NCBI GenBank assembly: GCA_016201735.1
Contig: JACQCH010000038.1
Span: 19,948 to 83,947 of the forward strand
Direction: 5' to 3'
Origin: Candidatus Omnitrophota bacterium
GTDB lineage: Bacteria; Omnitrophota; Gorgyraeia; 1-14-0-20-64-10
Length of the DNA: 64,000 bases
Below, piece after piece: positions 56,061 to 64,000 of the stretch (within the stretch, counting starts at the first letter, position 1; each line of letters starts with the position of its first letter). A program made the position numbers and the translations under genes. Below the pieces are notes generated by a model. It was given only the letters and a program-made list of their open reading frames with translations. It was not told the DNA's origin and ran no database searches.

Positions 56061-57593
56061 CTACCTCATGATATTTTCAATCGTGTCCACAACCGCCCGT
56101 TCCTTCAAAATCCGCTGGTGATGGATTCCCAGAACGCGCTGTTCCTGCTTGGAAAGAGGGGACTGCTCTCTTTCCTCGGCTTGGATGATTTGCGGTTCAT
56201 CTTTTAGAACATGGGGAGTGATGAACAGAATGATCTCGGTGTTCGACCGCTCCGTAGCGGTCCGTTTGAACGGCAAGCCGAGCAATGGGATATCCCCCAA
56301 CCCCGGGATTCGCCGGGACGATTGGGTGTTCTCACTCGAGATCAAGCCGGCGATCATCACGGTCCCCCCGTCCTTTACCATAACGGTGGTTCGTGCGGCC
56401 CGACGGTTCGGATCGAGAAACTTTGTGAAGGCGGAGGATTGGACGACCCGAGAGACCTCCGGCTCAATCACCATGGTGACGTATCCATCCTCGTTGACCA
56501 GAGGGGTTACCCGAAGGATGGTTCCGACGGTATTGCGTTCCACGGTCTCTGTGATGCTCCCTGTGGTTGCCTGCGAGGTAGAGGTAACCCCCGTGACCGC
56601 GTCCGCCACGATCCGTATCTCAGCCACTTCATTGCTTAACGTCAGCAAACGGGGTCTGGCTAAAAATTTGACATCTTTCTCTGTGGCCAGCAGCTTGAAG
56701 AGAATATTGGCCTCAGAGAAAGAGAGAGTTCCCAAGGTGTTCGAAACGGTCGCTCCATCCAGAAGTCCTTTGGCAAGGGGGAAGGTGCTGGCGTGCTTTG
56801 GGCCGACGTAGCTCCCGATGGTTCCAGTGGAGTCGCCGTATTCAAGGCCCAGCCGGCGCAGGGTATCCAGGGTGACCTCAAGGACTTCCGCTTCGATGAA
56901 TATCTGCATCTGTTTGACATCCAATTTCCCAATCGTTTCCTCAACGACCTCCATCCGCTGAGGGATGTCGGTGACAATCAATGAATTGGTCCGCGGGTCC
57001 GAGATCACCGATCCCTGGGGCGTCAGCAAGGACCGAACGATCGGAACAATTCCTCCTTCGATGCCCTGCCCTTCCCCGGATCCGGCAGAGGCGGCGGGAG
57101 CGAAGGCAGCGGCGCTCGCTCCCGTGGGCGCAGTCCCGGTGGCACCGGTGAATCCGGAGGTGATAATGGATCCACCCAGGCCGAAGGTTTTAGCAATGTC
57201 ACCCTTGGTGGGCACGACCCGGGCGTATTTTAACCGGAATACCTTTGTGACGGTGGATACCTTGGGAATGCCGGAGTCCGTGACGACATACAGGTTCTCC
57301 CCCGCCACCGACCTCAAGGTCAACCGATTTGCTTCGAGGATGGTTTTTAAGGCGGCCCGTAAAGGAACCCGGTCCAGATACATGGTGACTCTTTTGCCTT
57401 GGGTTTCCTCGGAGGAGACAAAATTCAGACCCGACTGTTTGGAGAAAAGTTTCAAGACGTCTTCCAAATATGCCTCCGTGACATCAATAGAAATCGTCGG
57501 CTCTTCTTTTTCTGTCCCCTCCGCTCTTAATCGAGATGGGGCGGCAAGTATAAGCCCAATAAGAACTGCAATCCAAAGAATCTTCCGCATCAA
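56061..57593 (-). CDS. pilQ: Type IV pilus secretin PilQ
   Basis: N0/N1 domains and secretin C-domain (IPGLGDIPLLGLPF...LFITPHVL). Confidence 0.85.
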   Translation of the reverse strand: MMRKILWIAVLIGLILAAPSRLRAEGTEKEEPTISIDVTEAYLEDVLKLFSKQSGLNFVSSEETQGKRVTMYLDRVPLRAALKTILEANRLTLRSVAGENLYVVTDSGIPKVSTVTKVFRLKYARVVPTKGDIAKTFGLGGSIITSGFTGATGTAPTGASAAAFAPAASAGSGEGQGIEGGIVPIVRSLLTPQGSVISDPRTNSLIVTDIPQRMEVVEETIGKLDVKQMQIFIEAEVLEVTLDTLRRLGLEYGDSTGTIGSYVGPKHASTFPLAKGLLDGATVSNTLGTLSFSEANILFKLLATEKDVKFLARPRLLTLSNEVAEIRIVADAVTGVTSTSQATTGSITETVERNTVGTILRVTPLVNEDGYVTMVIEPEVSRVVQSSAFTKFLDPNRRAARTTVMVKDGGTVMIAGLISSENTQSSRRIPGLGDIPLLGLPFKRTATERSNTEIILFITPHVLKDEPQIIQAEEREQSPLSKQEQRVLGIHHQRILKERAVVDTIENIMR

Positions 57594-57618
57594 GGGCGTA
57601 CCCTCCCTAATGGTTTCA

Positions 57619-58164
57619 TCAGCGACTCTTTCCCGACGAATGTTTGCCCGATTCCTTCAGGGTAAGTTGGTGTTCTTGGCCGTTGAAGGACAGAGTAACT
57701 CCTTCCGGGGTGATGGAGATGACCTCAGCTTGTTCAATCGTATCCCCAGTGGACAGGATTTTTCGGTTAATGATTGCCTGTGGTTTCTCTCCCCAAATGA
57801 TTCCCTGGAGTTCAAGAGGCGACAAGGAAGGTGTGGAATTCTTAGGCACCCCCTCCGATGCAAACGGCCTCATCTCCCTCACCTCTTTCTTTGTCATTTC
57901 TTTCCGGCGGATCGCTTCTTTTAACAGCGAGGGGGGCTGAAAGAAATCTCGAGTCAGGGTCGGCGCCTTCTCCTGAGGGAGCTGCCTTGAAGCGGGTGTA
58001 GTTTCTAGAGAAGACTCCATCCTTGGCATCTCGCTCCGCAGGGGATTTCCAGCCGCTGTGGTTTCCTGCCCCAATGGAAATTTTCGCCTCAGAGACCGAA
58101 CGGAAACAAAGACCATGAACAACAAGGAGAGGAGTATGATCTGTTGAATCAGCGTCCTGTTCAT
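57619..58164 (-). CDS. pilP: Pilus assembly protein PilP-like
   Basis: Signal/anchor plus C-terminal PilP-like beta domain; position between pilO and pilQ. Confidence 0.6.
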   Translation of the reverse strand: MNRTLIQQIILLSLLFMVFVSVRSLRRKFPLGQETTAAGNPLRSEMPRMESSLETTPASRQLPQEKAPTLTRDFFQPPSLLKEAIRRKEMTKKEVREMRPFASEGVPKNSTPSLSPLELQGIIWGEKPQAIINRKILSTGDTIEQAEVISITPEGVTLSFNGQEHQLTLKESGKHSSGKSR

Positions 58165-58772
58165 AAGGATCCCCCCTGTTTGGAGAAGGCGCTGATCACC
58201 AGGGTGGCTTTCTGGTATTCCCCGGAGGGGACAAGAAGCATCTCTCCCTCAGAACGGGATGACTCCCCAGCGGGGATCTCGCCAATTTCCAGTCGGTCTA
58301 CTTTCAATAAGGGTTCATGTTGTTCCAGGGTGCCGAGAAAATTTAAGAGGTTTAGAAGATTGGAGGTCGCCTCCACCTCTATCTGGAATCTTGTGAAGGA
58401 TCCCAGGTTCAGCTCCGTTCTGGGAGCCACGGATTCGATCTGCAAGCCCGCCTTGGATGCCAAGCGGGACACCTCACTGATGAGGTTCGGGGTGCCCCCC
58501 TGAAGAAGCACTGCTTTCTTGAGCCTCTCAAGTTCAGCGGTTTGTCGGTGAAGAGTAGAGGCCAAGGTCAGGCGTTCCTCTGCCTGTTTTTCCTGCTCCA
58601 ACAGAAGGAGACGGCGTTCAACCCAGGGAGCGTGAATGAATACAAGCCCGGCGGTTCCCGTTGCGACGATCATTCCGATCGTCAGAAGAAGCAGCTTCTG
58701 GGACCGGGGGATCTGTTCCCCCATGGAGGAGAGATGGCTCTTCAGGAGGCCGCGGGCCTTTGACGGACTCAT
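58161..58772 (-). CDS. pilO: Pilus assembly protein PilO-like
   Basis: TM plus coiled coil plus C-terminal domain; synteny. Confidence 0.6.
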   Translation of the reverse strand: MSPSKARGLLKSHLSSMGEQIPRSQKLLLLTIGMIVATGTAGLVFIHAPWVERRLLLLEQEKQAEERLTLASTLHRQTAELERLKKAVLLQGGTPNLISEVSRLASKAGLQIESVAPRTELNLGSFTRFQIEVEATSNLLNLLNFLGTLEQHEPLLKVDRLEIGEIPAGESSRSEGEMLLVPSGEYQKATLVISAFSKQGGSL

Positions 58773-60307
58773 GGGCTGGCCCCTTTCCGTTCTTTTCCGG
58801 ATGCGCAGGTGAGTCGAAACTGAGTGATCTCTTCTTCCCGGAAACGGCTTCGTCGGACGTTGTCTAAATACAGTTCGCCGAACGTCGATTGGAAAAGAGG
58901 ATTTGATCTCAAGGAAGCCAGGAAACGGTTAATTCCTTCCAGTTCTTTTTCTCGGTTGTTGTCATAAGCCGCTCCGACGAGCTTGAGGGTCCGGATCTGC
59001 GGGCCATCCTCCATCAGGGCGTGTTGAACCCATGTTTCCTCCGGGAGGAGCCGGCCAAGTTCGCTGAACAGTTCTGCGGAATTCGTCTTGGTCTTTGAAA
59101 GGGAGCGGAGAAATTGAAGTTCCTTTTGTTGGTTTTCTGAGAGGGTTTTTAAGTTTAAAAGTTCCTGATTCGGCGCAAAACTCACCGACGCTGTTTTTCC
59201 TAACCGGATGAGCTCGGCCTTCTGCTCTAATCCGTGAAGATCCACCATGCTGAAGATAGTCCAAACTCCCAGCAGGATCATCCCCACCGCCCCTTGAAAG
59301 ACAGCCATCTTAAAGAGGCTTTGGAGATTGCGCCGGATCTCTAGGGGCAGCAAGTTCGGTTCCCCCGTCCGCTTCTCCATGCCCCGGAGGGCCAGACCTG
59401 CAGCGACGGCTAATCCCGGAGCGGCCTCTTTATGGTTCAGCGTGATCTTTCGGAAGGGGTGGCCTATTTCGACCGGAACATCCAGCGCCAAGTTAAACTC
59501 TTTCGCTCGTTTGGAATCAATGTTCTTTCCGAACAGAAGCACCCTGCTGACGCTGGGTTCGCCGGGGAAGCGCCTGCGATAGTAATCCATGGAGACGCGC
59601 GTCTCTGTCGTCAAAGTCTCCAGCGGCTCCGCAGGATTTTGGCCAGCTTCTACGGATCCCAAGGTCGTTACATTCCTGCTCAGGTAGAGAAGATCTTGGC
59701 GGGCGATTGAGATGGTTGCCGTGTCCTGTTCTATGCTGAGGAACAGAGCCACCTCACCGGGGAGCAATTGGCCGTTTTGCCGCAATAATCGCATCAGGCT
59801 AAGAGGGGTTGTTTCCAGGCAGAGCGGAGTTAAATCCGCCGAGCTGAGCAGGGACATCACCGCCGCGACCAGGTTTTTCTTGACGCCCAGAAACATTACC
59901 CTCATCAGGGAAGGCGCTTTTCTCTGAATGACAACCTTGAAATCGAAGTCCAGTTCCTCCAGTTTGAATGGGAGATATTTCTTTGCCTCGAACGCGATCG
60001 CCTGTTTTCGTTCCCTGGTAGGAAGGATTGGCATTTGAAAATATCGGATGATGCAGGCCTCTGAGGCGATGGCCGTATAGACTCTCGATGAAGAGGGCTC
60101 TGTCTTTTGCAGGAGGGTCCGTATGGCTTGAACGGCTTCTTGGGGAATTTCGGTCTCCCCCGATTGGGTTTGGCTTCGCCATATTTCTTCTGAAGGCAGG
60201 GGAATACTCCCAAAGCTGAGCAGGCGGGGATGCTGGAATGACCCGGTTAAGCAGACGATGTCCGCGGTTTCTGTTCCCAGATAAAGACCGATCGAAGGAG
60301 ATCCCAT
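58769..60307 (-). CDS. pilM: PilM-PilN fusion (actin-like ATPase plus PilN TM/coiled-coil)
   Basis: N-terminal ~350 aa PilM-like; C-terminal TM (MAVFQGAVGMILLGVWTIF) plus coiled coil as in PilN. Confidence 0.75.
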   Translation of the reverse strand: MGSPSIGLYLGTETADIVCLTGSFQHPRLLSFGSIPLPSEEIWRSQTQSGETEIPQEAVQAIRTLLQKTEPSSSRVYTAIASEACIIRYFQMPILPTRERKQAIAFEAKKYLPFKLEELDFDFKVVIQRKAPSLMRVMFLGVKKNLVAAVMSLLSSADLTPLCLETTPLSLMRLLRQNGQLLPGEVALFLSIEQDTATISIARQDLLYLSRNVTTLGSVEAGQNPAEPLETLTTETRVSMDYYRRRFPGEPSVSRVLLFGKNIDSKRAKEFNLALDVPVEIGHPFRKITLNHKEAAPGLAVAAGLALRGMEKRTGEPNLLPLEIRRNLQSLFKMAVFQGAVGMILLGVWTIFSMVDLHGLEQKAELIRLGKTASVSFAPNQELLNLKTLSENQQKELQFLRSLSKTKTNSAELFSELGRLLPEETWVQHALMEDGPQIRTLKLVGAAYDNNREKELEGINRFLASLRSNPLFQSTFGELYLDNVRRSRFREEEITQFRLTCASGKERKGASP

Positions 60308-60313
60308 GGCACT

Positions 60314-60508
60314 CTATCGCCCCATAATCTTCCGAAGCGTTTGAATATCGTTTTCCGTATATTCCCGCCACCGATTCAGTTGGTTTCGGGTTGCTTTAGG
60401 GAACAGACCTCGAGCCTCATACCTTAGGAGAGTCTGTTTCGAGATTCCCAAGGTCGCCGCAACCTGTGTGGCAGTAAAGTATTTCTTCCCTTTGATTGTT
60501 AGCCGCAT
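60314..60508 (-). CDS. Small MerR/excisionase-like HTH DNA-binding protein
   Basis: YFTATQVAATLGISKQTLLRYEARG HTH. Confidence 0.6.
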   Translation of the reverse strand: MRLTIKGKKYFTATQVAATLGISKQTLLRYEARGLFPKATRNQLNRWREYTENDIQTLRKIMGR

Positions 60509-60657
60509 CTCTTTTTTCTGTATATACTTATCTCTTTAATCTGATAGTACCTGATGCTATTTAAAGGTATCTTAGGTTATTTGATACTATTTGTCAAGGG
60601 GAAGCTATTATTGCCTCTTTATAAAAGTATACAATATTAACTAACTAAAGTAAAGGT

Positions 60658-61053
60658 CTAGACTTGAATATTCTGCTCCAGCCAGTTCAGATAGTTCCGA
60701 TCCCCCCACTCAATGGGAACGGCGATCAATTCTGGAACTTGGTAGGAATGATGTTTCTTCAACAGTTTAGCCAGTTTCGGCAGACAGTCCCGGGAGGTCT
60801 TGACCAGAAGAAGCACTTCTCTTGAATGGTCCAATTTTCCCTGCCACCAGTACCAGGAATTGATTCCTTGAATAAGATTCACGCACCCAGCCAGCCGGCT
60901 TTGAAGAAGAGTTTTAGCCAACTGTTGGGCTTCGGAGAGGGAGCCGGTCGTGGAAAGAAGGAGAAATGGTTTTTTGATCAGCTTTTTCGTAGCCAGACCC
61001 GGTAATCCTTGCCTTCTTTGTTTACAATGACATGGCCTTCCCGGGCCAACCAT
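60658..61053 (-). CDS. cutA: Divalent-cation tolerance protein CutA
   Basis: CutA1 core (VKTSRDCLPKLAKLLKKHHSYQVPELIAVPI); true start probably internal (~105 aa). Confidence 0.75.
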   Translation of the reverse strand: MVGPGRPCHCKQRRQGLPGLATKKLIKKPFLLLSTTGSLSEAQQLAKTLLQSRLAGCVNLIQGINSWYWWQGKLDHSREVLLLVKTSRDCLPKLAKLLKKHHSYQVPELIAVPIEWGDRNYLNWLEQNIQV

Positions 61054-61187
61054 CCCACGCTCATGAGGGACAGATCATGCGGCTGACCGATTCCGGTCAC
61101 CAGCTCAGAGAAGAGAACTTCTCCGTGCTTGTCGAGGTAATGCCAGATTTCTCCGGCAACGATTCCGATTTCAGTAATCCCGATCAT
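60978..61187 (-). CDS. Small winged-helix domain protein
   Basis: 69 aa, wHTH-like; overlaps the cutA ORF 5' extension. Confidence 0.45.
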   Translation of the reverse strand: MIGITEIGIVAGEIWHYLDKHGEVLFSELVTGIGQPHDLSLMSVGWLAREGHVIVNKEGKDYRVWLRKS

Positions 61188-61203
61188 GATGGGTGAACCT
61201 CCT

Positions 61204-64000
61204 TCAAGATACGGCGTTGACTATACCAGATTGAGGAGAACGGTTCAACACCGTTCGCAGGAATTGACCCGTATAGGACCGTTCCACCGAGGCGACCTCC
61301 TCCGGCGTGCCGGTGGCCACGACTCGGCCCCCTTCCTCTCCCCCTTCAGGGCCCAAGTCGATGAGGTAATCGGCGGTCTTGATGACATCCAGGTGGTGTT
61401 CGATCACCAGGACGGTATTGCCCTGATCGACCAGCGCGTGGAGAACCTTGAGGAGTTTGTCGATGTCGGCCAGGTGCAGTCCGGTGGTCGGTTCATCCAG
61501 GATGTAGAGGGTTTTGCCGGTGGCCCGGTGGGAAAGTTCCGTTGCCAGCTTCACTCGCTGGGCTTCACCGCCCGAGAGGGTGGTGGCTGGCTGGCCGACC
61601 TCGATGTACCCGAGGCCGACTTCCGCTAAGGTTTGCAGCCGGGTACGAATCCTGGGAATGGAACGGAACAGACCCAGGGCCTCCTCGACGTTCATCCGGA
61701 GGACCTCGGCGATGGAGTATCCTTTGTAGCGGACCTCAAGGGTCGGTTCGTTGAAACGATTCCCCTTGCAGAGATCACAGGTGACGTAGACAGGAGGAAG
61801 GAAGTGCATCTCCACCTTGATGACACCCTCTCCCTGGCAGGCCTCGCACCGGCCCCCCTTGACGTTGAAGCTGAATCGGCCCAGCCGGTATCCCCGGGCT
61901 CGGGCCTCTGGTGTTTTGGAAAACAGTTCCCGGATCTCGGTGAAAACTCCGGTGTAGGTCGCGGGATTAGAACGGGGGGTCCGCCCGATGGGGGACTGAT
62001 CGATGACGATCACCTTATCGATCTGCTCAATCCCGGAAATCCGGTCGTGGGCTCCCGGTTTCTCCTTAGACCGGTACAGCCGCTGAGCCAGGGCCCGGTA
62101 CAAGATTTCGTCCACCAGGGTCGATTTCCCGGATCCGGAGACCCCGGTGACGCAGGTGAATGTCCCTAACGGGATCCGGACAGAGATTCGCTTGAGATTA
62201 TGTTCTCGGGCTCCAGCTATCTCTAGGAAGGGGCGTTTTCGCCAAGGCCGTCGTGAAAAAGGAAGAGGGATGGAGATTTCTCCTCGGAGGTATTTTCCTG
62301 TAAGAGAGTGCTCCGTTCGGAGGATCTTCTCGATGGGTCCTGCGGCGACCAGATCCCCGCCGTGTTTCCCCGCCCCGGGGCCTAAGTCGACGATAAAATC
62401 AGCCGCCCGGATGGTCTCTTCATCGTGTTCGACGACAATCACCGTATTCCCTAAGTCCCGGAGGGCCTTCAGGGTGTTTAAGAGCCGCCGATTGTCCCGC
62501 TGATGAAGTCCGATGGAAGGTTCATCCAGAATGTACAGAACCCCGACCAGGCCGGCTCCGATCTGAGTGGCCAAACGAATCCGCTGAGCTTCCCCGCCGG
62601 AGAGTGTTGCGCTGGGGCGGTCCAAACTGAGGTAATCCAACCCCACATCCATCATGAAGCGCAGGCGCAGCCGGATCTCTTTGAGAACCTGGGCGGCGAT
62701 GGTGTTTTCCCTCGCCGAGAGTTGGAGGTGCTCAAAGAATTTAAGGGCCTCACCCACGGTCAGCCGGGCCAGATCCACGATCGACTTGCCGTGAATCTTG
62801 ACCGCGACGGCTTCCGGTTTTAACCGGGTTCCCCTGCAGAGGGGGCACGGCAGAACCGACAAGTACTTGGAGATCTCTTCCTTCACGAAATCCGAATCGC
62901 TTTCCTGAAAGAGCCGCTCGAGATTGGAGATGACCCCCTCGAAGGGCCGGCCCCAGATCTCGACTTCCTTCGAGCCGTACAGGATGGCCCGCCGAACATT
63001 TTCCGGGAGTTTCCGGAATGGGGTGGAAAGGTTGACGCTGACCCGATCGGCGAATTCCCGGACGAGGGCCCGGTGATAAAGGATGTAACCCCGTCCGCCC
63101 CGCCGCCAGGGTTCGATGGCTCCTTCCTGGATCGATTTGGAGGTGTCGGGAATCACCAGATCCCGGTCCACCTCCAGCTTGGTTCCCAGCCCGTGGCAGG
63201 AGGGACAGGCCCCGTAAGGGCTGTTGAAAGAGAAGAGGCGGGGTTGAAGTTCCGCCAGGCTGATTCCGCAGGAGGGGCAGCCGTACTGTTCGCTGAACAG
63301 CGACTCGGAAGCGTTGGACTTGATGAGGACGGTTCCCTTGCCCGCTTTCAGGGCCGTTTCGATGGAATCGGTGAGGCGCTCTTTGACGCCTGAGTCAATC
63401 TGCAGCCGATCCACCACCACCTCAATGGTGTGGGTCTTCTTTTTGTCGAGAGGGATCGGTTCCGCAAGCTCTTTTAGAACCCCATCCACCCGGACCCGGA
63501 TGAACCCTTCCTTTTGGATCTGCCGGAACAGCTCCTGGTATTGGCCCTTGCGGCCTCGGACCAGAGGGGCCAGCACCAGGACCGGTTTTCCTTTGGGCAG
63601 GCGCAGGACTTGCTCCACGATCTCCTGAGCCGACTGCCGCTGGATGACTCGGCCGCACCGGTAGCAGTAGGGAGTCCCGATTCGGGCAAAAAGAAGCCGC
63701 AGGTAATCGTAAACCTCTGTTTGGGTTGCGACGGTGGAACGGGGGTTCCCGCCGGCGGTCCGCTGTTCGATGGCGATGGCCGGGGATAATCCCTCAATCT
63801 GTTCCACGTTCGGTTTTTGAAGCTTTTCGAGGAATTGCCGGGCGTAGGCGGAGAGACTTTCGACGTAACGGCGCTGGCCCTCGGCATAGAGGGTGTCAAA
63901 GGCCAGAGAGGATTTCCCGGACCCGGAGAGGCCCGTGATGACGACCAGGGCGTTGCGGGGAATCTCCAGGTTGATCCCCTTGAGGTTGTGTTCCCTGGCG
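61204..64000 (-). CDS. uvrA: Excinuclease ABC subunit A (5' end beyond window)
   Basis: Two ABC ATPase modules and zinc fingers; upstream of the ORF-track Met the frame continues to the window edge and encodes [57 protein letters not shown] (UvrA N-terminus). Confidence 0.95.
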   Translation of the reverse strand, partial: AREHNLKGINLEIPRNALVVITGLSGSGKSSLAFDTLYAEGQRRYVESLSAYARQFLEKLQKPNVEQIEGLSPAIAIEQRTAGGNPRSTVATQTEVYDYLRLLFARIGTPYCYRCGRVIQRQSAQEIVEQVLRLPKGKPVLVLAPLVRGRKGQYQELFRQIQKEGFIRVRVDGVLKELAEPIPLDKKKTHTIEVVVDRLQIDSGVKERLTDSIETALKAGKGTVLIKSNASESLFSEQYGCPSCGISLAELQPRLFSFNSPYGACPSCHGLGTKLEVDRDLVIPDTSKSIQEGAIEPWRRGGRGYILYHRALVREFADRVSVNLSTPFRKLPENVRRAILYGSKEVEIWGRPFEGVISNLERLFQESDSDFVKEEISKYLSVLPCPLCRGTRLKPEAVAVKIHGKSIVDLARLTVGEALKFFEHLQLSARENTIAAQVLKEIRLRLRFMMDVGLDYLSLDRPSATLSGGEAQRIRLATQIGAGLVGVLYILDEPSIGLHQRDNRRLLNTLKALRDLGNTVIVVEHDEETIRAADFIVDLGPGAGKHGGDLVAAGPIEKILRTEHSLTGKYLRGEISIPLPFSRRPWRKRPFLEIAGAREHNLKRISVRIPLGTFTCVTGVSGSGKSTLVDEILYRALAQRLYRSKEKPGAHDRISGIEQIDKVIVIDQSPIGRTPRSNPATYTGVFTEIRELFSKTPEARARGYRLGRFSFNVKGGRCEACQGEGVIKVEMHFLPPVYVTCDLCKGNRFNEPTLEVRYKGYSIAEVLRMNVEEALGLFRSIPRIRTRLQTLAEVGLGYIEVGQPATTLSGGEAQRVKLATELSHRATGKTLYILDEPTTGLHLADIDKLLKVLHALVDQGNTVLVIEHHLDVIKTADYLIDLGPEGGEEGGRVVATGTPEEVASVERSYTGQFLRTVLNRSPQSGIVNAVS

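Overview
High-GC (~60%) bacterial chromosomal window with mostly co-directional, tightly packed plus-strand housekeeping genes: rmuC, trm112, aroQ, efp, accBC, asp23/amaP, pfkA, gmhA, hldE(rfaE2), thiE, aroB, rnc, polX, ald, queG, pcrA and a partial uvrA. A complete minus-strand type IVa pilus cluster (pilMN-O-P-Q-B-C-pilA x2) and two tRNAs (Gly-CCC plus strand, Ala-CGC minus strand) are also present. A dense c-di-GMP module carries two GAF/HD-GYP phosphodiesterases and at least five PilZ proteins. Two low-GC islets look acquired: a hypothetical membrane protein plus an MNT/HEPN toxin-antitoxin pair inserted between gmhA and hldE, and a type II restriction-modification pair (N4/N6 DNA methyltransferase plus a putative MvaI/BcnI-like endonuclease) with an extra membrane protein. 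The most unusual signal is a family of TGA-flanked palindromic intercistronic elements. Their 12-bp termini are CCCCGCCCCTCC on the left and GGAGGGGCGGGG on the right, directly followed by TGA. Four full or degenerate copies and one solo end occur in this window. Each starts at the stop codon of the upstream gene. Each ends with GGAGG(SD)-N6-GTG-A, which supplies a Shine-Dalgarno sequence and an overlapping GTG start to the downstream gene. The element therefore looks like a mobile, self-masking translational-coupling cassette. A second family is a 44-45 bp repeat inserted in-frame inside three helicase/ATPase genes (reminiscent of Rickettsia palindromic elements) and once immediately 5' of pcrA. 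No CRISPR array, rRNA, transposase or integrase was seen. My coordinates for non-ORF features may be off by a few bp.
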